Positions 47,524 through 55,722 of a stretch of DNA of 64,000 bases are shown here, in pieces. The stretch spans positions 8,951 through 72,950 of the forward strand of contig CAZVYZ010000002.1 of the NCBI GenBank assembly GCA_964630695.1, written 5' to 3'. Position 1 is the stretch's first letter. Each line of letters starts with the position of its first letter. The stretch comes from an uncultured Ruminococcus sp. (GTDB lineage Bacteria > Bacillota > Clostridia > Oscillospirales > CAG-272). Position numbers and translations under genes: made by a program. The notes under the pieces are model-generated. The model did no database searches, had not been told where the DNA came from, and saw nothing but the letters and a program-made list of their open reading frames with translations.

Positions 47524-47585
47524 GCTCATATTATACCATAGAACAGCCGCTTTGTCAATAGTTCTTAAAGTTTCTAAGGTTCGGA

Positions 47586-48914
47586 TCATCCCTCGCCAAA
47601 ATATTTCATAGCCCTTCGGAATCCCTTGTCCTCTGCTTCAGCAACCGTTTTTGCAAAGAACTCGCCTCTGTTTGGCTCAATGATAACATCATCGTACTTT
47701 TGGTCAAACGGAAGATGATAGATTTTCTCTTTTGTGGTACGGTTGATGTTACATTTGATGCGCGGGAAATCCTCCAACTTTTTGTTTTCAACAGTCTCTA
47801 TGTGTAAATAACGCGCAACATCCTTTGCAGTCCTCGAAAGCGATGTAGAGGTAACAAATACACCAGATACCTCTTTCCACCGATGGCTCAACTGATACAA
47901 AACAACCGTTCCATATAGCTGAAAAATATGTTTTTCGTGGATTTCTTTTTCCTGCGACCAGTTTTTACATTGGACAATCAGAATGCGGTCTCCTTTTTCC
48001 ACTATGAGGTCTCTGCCCATATCCTCCAGCTTCTTTATGATGCCGCAATACGAAACCTTTGCGCCTTCTTTTTCATATTGGAATCCGATGAACATCTCAT
48101 AGTCTCTTCCAATTTGCCATTTTGTTTTCTTTCCTTGCAAGTATCGGTCAAGCGCAAGTTGATTCCTTTCCGTAACAGACAACTTCTGATATTCTTCTGA
48201 TGATAAAAACAGCCGCGTTCTATCGGTATCCGCTTCTGTCTCTAATTCAAAACCACCTTCTGATTCTTCAAAACCATCCTCGAAAATATCCTCTACATTT
48301 GGGAAAAGTTCAACAATGTAATTATATTTATACTCATATATTTTTTTCTCTACCAAAATGTCTTTTGTTTGCTTTTTCAATTCACGGATTCTCTTGGCTT
48401 CTGCAAAAGCTGGGCGCTCCTTAACCTCCAGCAATCTCGCCGCATAATCATAATTTATCAATTTTAGATCGGCAGATGCCGCCGCTATTCTCGGATATGC
48501 CTCGGAACATTTATCAATAATCAAATCCGTTTGCTTGGTGACAGAATTGTATATTCGGGCTGCAATCCCTCCAAGTTCTTCTTCTTTTTCCGATATTTCT
48601 TGTATCAAGCTATCTTTTTCTGTTTTAAGCTTTGCTATTTCTTCGGAGAAAGACTTCCTCTCTTTCTGTATTAAGAGATCGACATCTCTTTTTTGGTTTT
48701 CAATTTCTTGTATTTGTTGTTTTTTTCTATTCTCTTCCTCTGCTTCTTGTTTGACTCGCATCAATATTGTGCCGCAAATCTCATGATTGTCATTGTAAAG
48801 TGGAGTTACTTTCTTATTTTCTCGGAGCGAAATTGTTAGGCTATGCTGGTAGATGATATAAAGCACAATAACAATAATGATTGCAAAGAACACACCTACT
48901 GCAATAAACTCCAT
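47586..48914 (-). CDS. Membrane-anchored coiled-coil protein with Mrr-type (PD-(D/E)xK) restriction-endonuclease domain
   Basis: 442 aa with an N-terminal TM (AVGVFFAIIIVIVLYIIY) and a Lys/Glu-rich coiled coil. Nuclease core GRDYEMFIGFQYE..GRDLIVEKGDRILIVQCKNW. Confidence 0.65.
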   Translation of the reverse strand: MEFIAVGVFFAIIIVIVLYIIYQHSLTISLRENKKVTPLYNDNHEICGTILMRVKQEAEEENRKKQQIQEIENQKRDVDLLIQKERKSFSEEIAKLKTEKDSLIQEISEKEEELGGIAARIYNSVTKQTDLIIDKCSEAYPRIAAASADLKLINYDYAARLLEVKERPAFAEAKRIRELKKQTKDILVEKKIYEYKYNYIVELFPNVEDIFEDGFEESEGGFELETEADTDRTRLFLSSEEYQKLSVTERNQLALDRYLQGKKTKWQIGRDYEMFIGFQYEKEGAKVSYCGIIKKLEDMGRDLIVEKGDRILIVQCKNWSQEKEIHEKHIFQLYGTVVLYQLSHRWKEVSGVFVTSTSLSRTAKDVARYLHIETVENKKLEDFPRIKCNINRTTKEKIYHLPFDQKYDDVIIEPNRGEFFAKTVAEAEDKGFRRAMKYFGEG

Positions 48915-48915
48915 G

Positions 48916-49281
48916 TCACTTCTCCGTTTTTTTCAGCCCTGACATCTTCAGAGCCGTTTCTATCAAAGCCAACAATTCCTTTTGGTTTTCTTTCGGCACA
49001 GACTGAAACAACCGATGCATCTCTTTCTCTTCCTCTGTCATTGTACTATAAGTCGGTTTTTCTTCTCTTTCTACGGATACTTCACAACCCATGAGCCAAG
49101 ATTCACTGACACATAAAGCAACTGCAAGTTTATGGAGCGCAATTTGGCGCGCCTCATGCCGACCGTTCATATACTGACTTATCTGTGCTTTTGAAAGTCC
49201 GGACAATCTGGCTAAGTCTGCGGCTTTTACCCCTCTCATATCCATAGCTTCCAATAATCTCTTTTGAAAAGTGCTTTCCAT
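48916..49281 (-). CDS. CI-like XRE-family repressor
   Basis: 121 aa with RLLEAMDMRGVKAADLARLSGLSKAQISQYMNG. Divergent from the cro-like gene. Confidence 0.85.
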   Translation of the reverse strand: MESTFQKRLLEAMDMRGVKAADLARLSGLSKAQISQYMNGRHEARQIALHKLAVALCVSESWLMGCEVSVEREEKPTYSTMTEEEKEMHRLFQSVPKENQKELLALIETALKMSGLKKTEK

Positions 49282-49313
49282 ATTTTCTCCATGTCAAAAT
49301 TACCTTTTTCTAT

Positions 49314-49432
49314 ATTATACACCGCAGTTAAACCAATTTCAAGAGGAAAATAAAAAAATTAAAATATTTTTACGAAACCACTTGACAAGCAGTGTTAAAT
49401 ATGTTATACTATTGTCAGTTAAATAAGTTTAA
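49314..49432. promoter_or_regulatory. Divergent lysogeny-switch promoters and operator palindrome
   Basis: Minus strand: TTGAAA-17-TATAAT (49337-49342 / 49314-49319). Plus strand: TTGACA-17-TATACT (49382-49410). Palindrome GTTAAATAAGTTTAAC (about 49417-49432), with GTTAAAC half-sites. Confidence 0.6.
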
Positions 49433-49452
49433 CCAAAAAGGGAGGTTATAAG

Positions 49453-49674
49453 ATGTTCAACTATTCAAAGTTGAGGGGAAGAATCCGCGAGAAATATGAT
49501 ACACAGTCAAATTTTGCGCAGAAAATGGGCATTTCTACTGTGTCTGTGTCGTGCAAACTTGGAAACAAGGCACAATGGACACAAGAAGAAATTTTGAAAG
49601 CAGCACAGCTTCTCGAAATTTCAAACGAAGAAATACCGACATATTTTTTTACCGAAAGAGTTAAGGATATTTAA
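49453..49674 (+). CDS. DUF739-family Cro-like protein
   Basis: 73 aa: MFNYSKLRGRIREKYDTQSNFAQKMGIS... This matches the phage DUF739 pattern as I recall it. Confidence 0.75.
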   Translation: MFNYSKLRGRIREKYDTQSNFAQKMGISTVSVSCKLGNKAQWTQEEILKAAQLLEISNEEIPTYFFTERVKDI

Positions 49675-49859
49675 CTACATGGCGCAAAAATTCGTAAAAG
49701 GAGGAGAAAATGGACTTTATACAACGTAAAAAAGCAGAAGCTAAAGACATTCAGTCGATGATTGAACTTACATCTGAGATATAATATTCTTAGAACTCAA
49801 CTTCATGATTATTATAACATGAGAATTAAATTTTGTCAAGATTAAAGGAGGAAAATACA

Positions 49860-50051
49860 ATGTCTATCGGACGAAACATCATGATTCTCTCTTTCGACAA
49901 GCGGATCACACAGAAGGAACTCGCAGAAGCGGCAGGGGTTACGGAATCTATGATTTCAAAAATCATTAACACCGACCTGATTCCATCCGTTGTAAAACTG
50001 AAGAGGATTGCGGACAAGCTCGGCGTTACAATTGACGATCTGCTGAAATAA
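49860..50051 (+). CDS. XRE-family HTH protein
   Basis: Start at MSIGRNIMILSFDKRITQKELAEAAGVTESMISKIIN with an AAAGGAGG RBS. Confidence 0.75.
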   Translation: MSIGRNIMILSFDKRITQKELAEAAGVTESMISKIINTDLIPSVVKLKRIADKLGVTIDDLLK

Positions 50052-50201
50052 GGAGGAGAACATGGAAGAAATCTTTGCAGAGATGGACAGAATCACCGAA
50101 AAGTTTTACAACGAGATCGACCGACTGACGGAGAAGCTACAGCCGAAGCAACGACCGTACATCCGGAAGATTGTGTCAGAGGCTACGAAAGGAGAACAGC
50201 A

Positions 50202-50564
50202 ATGACCACGGAAGAAACCAACCAAGAGGTTGTTCCCGTAAAAATGACCCTCGCACAGCGGCGTGAGATGTTCGCAAAGGATTACCTTGACCTGACCGAT
50301 CTGACCATGCTGCTCGGCATCTGCTACACGAGGGCATCGGAAATCGTGCGGGAGATCAAGTTCAACACCCGCGACCGTCTGCACACAAGAGGAAGAGTAC
50401 ATGTGCAGGACTACTTCGACTACTACGGACTTGACCCAAAGAACTACTATCGCTTCAGCGCGGAGGACACCGAAAATGATGAACCGAATGCCGGAAGCAA
50501 TGAACGATTTCTATCAAAGGAGGATCAGAAAAAATGTGGATCGACAAGAATTACAAAGGATTGA
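50202..50564 (+). CDS. Hypothetical phage protein, possible excisionase-like DNA binder
   Basis: 120 aa. The LTDLTMLLGICYTRASEIVREIK segment looks HTH-like. No firm family assignment. Confidence 0.45.
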   Translation: MTTEETNQEVVPVKMTLAQRREMFAKDYLDLTDLTMLLGICYTRASEIVREIKFNTRDRLHTRGRVHVQDYFDYYGLDPKNYYRFSAEDTENDEPNAGSNERFLSKEDQKKCGSTRITKD

Positions 50565-51169
50565 AGCAGATTGAGAACGGCGACTATGTGCTGGAAGGTG
50601 ATCTGATTTCCGATGAGGAGATCGAAATCGATCTGGATGACAGATTGATTGTCCGTGGAGATGTGATTTCCAAAAAGTATATCAAAGCAGATCGCGCTTT
50701 GATTGCAGAAAAGAGTATCAAAGCCAGTGATGGCATCAAAGCCGGTCGGGGCATCAAAGCCGGTGATGGCATCGAAGCCGGTTGGGGCATCGAAGCCGGT
50801 GATGGCATCGAAGCCGGTTGTGGCATCAAAGCCGGTCGGGGCATCAAAGCCAGTGATGGCATCAAAGCCGGTCGGGGCATCAAAGCCAGTGATGGCATCG
50901 AAGCCGGTTGGGGCATCAAAGCCGGTTATGGCATCGAAGCCGGTTGGGGCATCAAAGCCGGTGATGGCATCGAAGCCGGAACATTCATAGACTCCGGAAA
51001 TCGTATCTTCGCAGGTATTTCTGTTTACAGAACCAGTGATGATTGTGAAAAATTCATTCGATGCTCAGAACTGCGAAACGGTGAAATATGCTACGGGGAT
51101 CTGATTATTACAGAGAAGAAAGAGGAAGTTGAAAATGGAACAGAAAAAGAAAACCATGGTAACCGATGA
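50534..51169 (+). CDS. Hexapeptide-repeat (GI[KE]A[GS]x) beta-solenoid-like protein
   Basis: 211 aa with 15 consecutive 6-residue units encoded by an 18-bp tandem repeat, flanked by unique N- and C-terminal regions. Confidence 0.6.
   Translation: MWIDKNYKGLKQIENGDYVLEGDLISDEEIEIDLDDRLIVRGDVISKKYIKADRALIAEKSIKASDGIKAGRGIKAGDGIEAGWGIEAGDGIEAGCGIKAGRGIKASDGIKAGRGIKASDGIEAGWGIKAGYGIEAGWGIKAGDGIEAGTFIDSGNRIFAGISVYRTSDDCEKFIRCSELRNGEICYGDLIITEKKEEVENGTEKENHGNR
50714..50983 (+). repeat. 18-bp tandem repeat x15 inside the CDS
   Basis: The unit is GGCATC[A/G]AAGCC[G/A]GTNNN. Higher-order 36-bp duplications are visible. All six frames are open across it. Confidence 0.9.
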
Positions 51170-51383
51170 TGAAGTGGAGATTGAGATCGCGCATCTGCTT
51201 GCCGATCCTGATGTGAAGTTGGCAAAGGCGGAGGAACGCATCAGAACCCGCCGCAGACAGTACCTCTACCAGTTGAGAAGCCGTCGCAGGCGCGGCATGG
51301 CTCTGCGGTTGATCGGAGTCGATGAAGATGCCCTGCGCCGCCGCGATCCATACGACCCAATGTATGAGGAGGAATTACGATGA
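51129..51383 (+). CDS. Hypothetical phage protein (84 aa, Arg-rich)
   Basis: ORF in the early-gene series. No family recognised. Confidence 0.45.
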   Translation: MKMEQKKKTMVTDDEVEIEIAHLLADPDVKLAKAEERIRTRRRQYLYQLRSRRRRGMALRLIGVDEDALRRRDPYDPMYEEELR

Positions 51384-51549
51384 AACAGACACTGAAAGCG
51401 ATCTCCGAATGGTTTCGATTCCTTGTAACCGGGAAGTCGGACAAGGCAGTTTCGGACAAGCTGTGTGACTTCTCCGGACAAGGGCGCGACCGGTACGGTC
51501 GGTAAATCAATAATAAGAACTGATTTCATTCTAAAAGGAGAACAGAAAA

Positions 51550-51846
51550 ATGGCAACACTTTACGAAATCAACGAGCAGATTGCGGGGCTTGTAGACCCA
51601 GAAACCGGAGAGATCGCCGACTTTGAAGCATTTGAGAAACTGAACCTCGACCTTGATACGAAAATCAAGAACATCGCGCTGTGGATCGTCAACCTCCGCT
51701 CCGATGCGGAGCAGTTGGAGGAGCAGGAAAAGAAATTCCGTGACAGAAAGACCGCCGCGAAGAACAAAGCGGAATCCCTGAAAAGTCTGCTTGACGGCTT
51801 CCTTTCCGGCGAGAAGCGTTCTTTCCCAGAGGTGGTCATCTCTTAG
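51550..51846 (+). pseudogene. Siphovirus Gp157-like protein, C-terminally truncated
   Basis: MATLYEINEQIAGLVDPETGEI...KIKNIALWIVNLRSDAEQLEEQEKKFRDRK matches the Gp157 N-terminal two-thirds. It ends at 98 aa, exactly at the junction with the portal gene. Confidence 0.55.
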
Positions 51847-53303
51847 CTGTCCGTGATGCCGATATTCCGCTTTGCCATTTCATACTGCCGCTCCGACTGT
51901 TGCATATCCTGTTGGATTGACATTTCACAAGTGATGCTCCCGATGCAGTCCCGCGCGATCTGTCCCTCCGGCACTTCAAGCGATTGGTCGAAGATCCCGT
52001 TTGAAATGGTAGTTGATACACCCTTTCTGTGAAACTCGATTGCACCTGAACGCATCAGCTTTTCGTGAATGCGGCTCTCCAGTTTGTTGATTTCCTGCTG
52101 TTGCGGGCGGATGACCTCGCAGTCACTCTGACCGTACAGGCTTTTCGGAATGGACACATTGCGGCGGCAGATCACGGGGAGGCGCTTGGGCTTGTAGTAG
52201 GGCAGTCTCGTGGGAGCGGTTTTGGGGCGAAGGACTTTGTGCATCTGCGGGATGATTGCGCCCGTTGCCGTCCGTTGCATCACAGGCTCTCCTGTTTCAT
52301 CGAGAACCGGTTCGTCCGCCTCTTCCATCACAGGCTCTCCGTCCTTGTAGACCGGGCTGAACGCGGGAATCTTCTTCTGTACCCGTTGCTTGATGACCGC
52401 TCCCGTGGAGGTCATCACATCCTCATATGCGTAATCGGGGAGGATAATATCCTCGGTCAGTTCCTCGTAATCCTCGTCCTGCATTTCGTAATCGGGATCG
52501 GAGCAGGGGTTCTCTTCGCACAGTTCCTTCCGTTTGCCGCAACAGCGGCAGATGTACTTCTTCCGCGCGTAATAGTCATCCACATCCTGCAATTCGGTGT
52601 CTCCGCTCCAGACGTACTTGCATACTGCTCCGCTTTCGTTCCGCCAAAAGCAGGTGTACACCGTCACCACATTGTACTGCTCCAAGCCGACATCGTCATC
52701 CTCGGGATCGATGTCGGATTCCTCCGCAACACGGAGCGGGACACCGTATGTCCGCATGATGTCCTCCCTTGTCATACGGGAGCGGATGAAGATGTATTCC
52801 ATTTCGTTGACATCGTAAATACCCGGCTGCGGGATGATGTCGGACGGGTCGATGATCGACACCTTGCCCTCGCCGACCGTGAAGTGCGTTCGGACGCTGT
52901 TGTCGAACTCAACCAGATAAAAGGTCGCGCCGAGGGTCGGAGCGTAGAACTCGTCGGTGTTGTTCAACCGTTCAAACGGCAGCTTGTCCCGAAGCATATT
53001 CAGAAGCCGCTCGGTCGCTTTGGCGTTCCGATCGGTGTGCTGAAGCGATATGCGGGGCGTGACCTTCGGCGCGGGTATCCGCATATCTTTCTGGCTCTCA
53101 ATCAGTTCGCGGGTGATATTGCGGACAACGATTGCGTCATCCGGAATTTCCGAAGAATCATCCACCGGATCGATCTTCTTTGAACCGTTGTACTGCTCGA
53201 TATTTCTTTTGTTGAGTGTCATCTGCCGCTCATAGTCGGGATGCGTTTTTGCATCCTGCATCAGCTTCTCGAAGAACTCGCGTTTATTACCATCAATTCT
53301 CAT
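51843..53303 (-). CDS. Probable phage portal protein
   Basis: 486 aa. Called by position immediately downstream of terminase large subunit and by size. No motif verified. Confidence 0.5.
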   Translation of the reverse strand: MRIDGNKREFFEKLMQDAKTHPDYERQMTLNKRNIEQYNGSKKIDPVDDSSEIPDDAIVVRNITRELIESQKDMRIPAPKVTPRISLQHTDRNAKATERLLNMLRDKLPFERLNNTDEFYAPTLGATFYLVEFDNSVRTHFTVGEGKVSIIDPSDIIPQPGIYDVNEMEYIFIRSRMTREDIMRTYGVPLRVAEESDIDPEDDDVGLEQYNVVTVYTCFWRNESGAVCKYVWSGDTELQDVDDYYARKKYICRCCGKRKELCEENPCSDPDYEMQDEDYEELTEDIILPDYAYEDVMTSTGAVIKQRVQKKIPAFSPVYKDGEPVMEEADEPVLDETGEPVMQRTATGAIIPQMHKVLRPKTAPTRLPYYKPKRLPVICRRNVSIPKSLYGQSDCEVIRPQQQEINKLESRIHEKLMRSGAIEFHRKGVSTTISNGIFDQSLEVPEGQIARDCIGSITCEMSIQQDMQQSERQYEMAKRNIGITDS

Positions 53304-53315
53304 TGGATATCCTCC

Positions 53316-53603
53316 TTAAAAGTATCTGTAGCCTGTGGGCGCTCCGCCCATCATTTTTTCCATAGCAACACGGACATCGGCAGAAGCCCGACACCAATCG
53401 TCGTACATATCCTTTGTCCACAGTCGCTCCTCCCGTTCTTCGCGCTCAGGTGCGGCGGAAGTCCACGCGATCATTCCGTACCGTAGGCTGTCGCAGTTAT
53501 GGACGATCAGCCCACCATTTACAGAGAAGCAATGTGTCTTTTTTACATAAAGGTCATATACCGGTTCCGGATCATTTTGCACAGTTATTCGCTTGATACG
53601 CAT
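53316..53603 (-). CDS. terL: Terminase large subunit, C-terminal fragment preceded by a 36-aa split-intein C-half
   Basis: MRIKRITVQNDPEPVYDLYVKKTHCFSVNGGLIVHN (intein blocks F/G, 53496-53603) is followed by CDSLRYGM..., the conserved terminase nuclease motif. Confidence 0.75.
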   Translation of the reverse strand: MRIKRITVQNDPEPVYDLYVKKTHCFSVNGGLIVHNCDSLRYGMIAWTSAAPEREEREERLWTKDMYDDWCRASADVRVAMEKMMGGAPTGYRYF

Positions 53604-54136
53604 TTTGCTGTCCTTTCTGCTGCTCTACGTCTCAGAAGCGCTTTCGCTTTGCAGTTGTTCCCGCAGAATTTACTCTTATATGCCATCATAGAAATCGTTT
53701 CGTATTCTTTTCCGCAAACCTGACAGACCTTTTTAACCTTTTCACTCATGTGTTTTCCAATTGAGTTGTTCCACTGGCTTTTATGCCATTCGCGTCCCGT
53801 TTCGCTCCTATGCCATTCTGGTGCTTTTGCAATTGCCTGTACGATATTCCGTTTTGCGCTTTCTATCCTTTCTGTCTGATTGCAATGAATCCGGTTGTGC
53901 TCTTTTTCTAACAGCATTTGCAGATTGCTTATGTCATTGTTTTCTCTGTCCCAATCGATATGGTGAATATCATATCCTTTCGGAATCTCCCCGTTGTATT
54001 TTTCCCATACATAGATATGCAGTCTTTTTGGCTTTCCGTTTACAGATCCCAAATAGTATCCCTGTTCCGTGTTCCAAAATTTGATACCATCGTAGATTAC
54101 TGTTTTCTGCGTTCCGTGTCCTTTTGTATGTCGCAT
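53585..54136 (-). CDS. Free-standing HNH homing-type endonuclease
   Basis: Start at MRHTKGHG with an AGAGGGGGA RBS, 183 aa. HIYVWEKYNGEIPKGYDIHHIDWDRENNDISNLQMLLEKEHNRIH, with a C-terminal CxxC..CxxxC. It overlaps both terL fragments in a third frame. Confidence 0.8.
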   Translation of the reverse strand: MRHTKGHGTQKTVIYDGIKFWNTEQGYYLGSVNGKPKRLHIYVWEKYNGEIPKGYDIHHIDWDRENNDISNLQMLLEKEHNRIHCNQTERIESAKRNIVQAIAKAPEWHRSETGREWHKSQWNNSIGKHMSEKVKKVCQVCGKEYETISMMAYKSKFCGNNCKAKALLRRRAAERTAKCVSSE

Positions 54137-55722
54137 ATATCGTCCCCCTCTTTCAAATTCTTTGCCGCAACCCATCCGCGATTTGTCGTGAGAATGCGGT
54201 GATCTGCGGTGCATTTTATTGTTCTCCCATCTTCCAACTCGATGCAAAGCACCTTTGCGCACGGGTTTGTCATAAAGCACTTGCTATATTCCGCTTCGCA
54301 TGAAATTCCATTGTCGTAAGATAAAACCACACCGCTTGTACCAACCATATCACGAATCATTCTTTGCCCGCTCGGAGTATCCACCATCGTATCTCCCACT
54401 AGACAAACGTGCGTGATGTCGTGCGGCTCGGTCATGCAGTCGGTCGGATGCTTCGGGTCGATCTGGAGCAGGGGAATATCGTGGATCAGTCTGCGGCAGT
54501 TCCGGAAAATCTGCATCTTCGGCAGTCCGTCCGGCTGAATCCGAAGAACCGATTTGACGGAAAGCCACCCCGCCTCACGGTCATTTGATGCCTCTACGAG
54601 CGGAAGACCCGCCGCGCGGAACAGATCAGCTTTTGTCTTGCCTGTCTCCTGCGTTCGGGAACGGATAATATCGGGTGGCGCCCATGTTGCCGCAATCTCT
54701 TCGCCGCTCTCCGTGTACTCCAACGCTTTGCCTGCCGCATCCTCGATTGTCAGATTCGGGGAGCAGAACTCTTTGTAGATGTAAACCCTCCCGTCGGGGG
54801 AGATTGCAAACCACAGCATGGCGAACATATCCAAGCCGTAGTCCAGACAGCGGTATTTCTTCCAGTGCGCCGGGATTGGGAACGGCTCGATGACATGGAT
54901 CGCCGGGTCGAACTCTGTAAAATACTGCCCCTCGATGACATCCCATCGTCCCTCCAGAAGCGTCTGCCGCAGAATCTCCGGAAGAGTCTCCATGCTTTTC
55001 AGGTATTCCGGGTCGTTCTCCATCAGATAGGCGTTCTCGGTCAGCTTGGCGGGGATGAACATCCTGCGCCGACCGTCCTTGCCCACAAACGGCGTCTCCG
55101 GCTCTGCCGGGTCTACAAAGTTTTCCTTCACCCATGCGTGTCCCACGTTTCCGGGGTTCGTGGAGAGAGCGAGAAATCGCGGTGCAGGGAAGCGACCGCG
55201 AACACGGGAACGGAGATAGACAAATTGGTCATAGGTGAAGTGTGTGGCTTCGTCCAATCGAATCACATCGAATTCCGCGCCCTGATATTGGAATACATCG
55301 TTCTCATTGGCGCAGTATCCGAACCGGATGGTTGACCCGTTCCAAAGCGTTCCGACATGCTTGGAAGAATTGTACCGATACCACGGCTCTCCGGGGAAGT
55401 GCTTGAAATGCTCCTTGATGAGAGAGCCTTCCAGTTCCACGAATGTCCGCCGCAACATCAGCTGTGTAGAACCGGGGTAATCAATAGCATAGAGCAGAGC
55501 CGCAATGCACTGTGCCGCGCTCTTGCCGCCGCCTGCCGCCCCTCCGTACATGATTTCATCCACACCGCGTTCGAATACGAATTTCTCCTGCTTCGGGAGC
55601 AGTTCAATGTGTAGCTTCGGTTCTTCGCGCTTTCGTTTCTGCCCGGCAATCTTCTTTGCCTTCGCATACTCCCGCCGATTCAGTCCGGCAATTACGAACT
55701 TTGCATATTCCTCTCCGGTCAT
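54097..55722 (-). CDS. terL: Terminase large subunit, N-terminal 439 aa fused to a 102-aa split-intein N-half
   Basis: Walker A GGAAGGGKS and Walker B DVIRLDEATHF. At residue 440 the sequence becomes CLVGDTMVDT...KCTADHRIL (intein blocks A/B, 54100-54405), then stops. Confidence 0.85.
   Translation of the reverse strand: MTGEEYAKFVIAGLNRREYAKAKKIAGQKRKREEPKLHIELLPKQEKFVFERGVDEIMYGGAAGGGKSAAQCIAALLYAIDYPGSTQLMLRRTFVELEGSLIKEHFKHFPGEPWYRYNSSKHVGTLWNGSTIRFGYCANENDVFQYQGAEFDVIRLDEATHFTYDQFVYLRSRVRGRFPAPRFLALSTNPGNVGHAWVKENFVDPAEPETPFVGKDGRRRMFIPAKLTENAYLMENDPEYLKSMETLPEILRQTLLEGRWDVIEGQYFTEFDPAIHVIEPFPIPAHWKKYRCLDYGLDMFAMLWFAISPDGRVYIYKEFCSPNLTIEDAAGKALEYTESGEEIAATWAPPDIIRSRTQETGKTKADLFRAAGLPLVEASNDREAGWLSVKSVLRIQPDGLPKMQIFRNCRRLIHDIPLLQIDPKHPTDCMTEPHDITHVCLVGDTMVDTPSGQRMIRDMVGTSGVVLSYDNGISCEAEYSKCFMTNPCAKVLCIELEDGRTIKCTADHRILTTNRGWVAAKNLKEGDDICDIQKDTERRKQ

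Noticed and set aside
50063-50201. Small ORF with a good RBS (AAGGAGGAGAAC) after the XRE gene, MEEIFAEMDRITE...
   Set aside because: By my reading, the frame terminates after about 21 codons and does not reach the next gene. It is too short and uncertain to call.
50714-50983. Considered whether the regular short repeat array could be a CRISPR array.
   Set aside because: The units are contiguous with no spacers, only 18 bp long, and lie in frame inside a CDS. No cas genes are present anywhere in the window.
50584-50990. ORFs 50584..50919 (minus, MPQPASMPS...) and 50703..50990 (plus, ASKPVGASKPV...).
   Set aside because: Both are by-products of the 18-bp tandem repeat, which contains no stop codon in any frame. 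Only the GI[KE]AGx frame has unique flanking sequence, a start and an RBS context.
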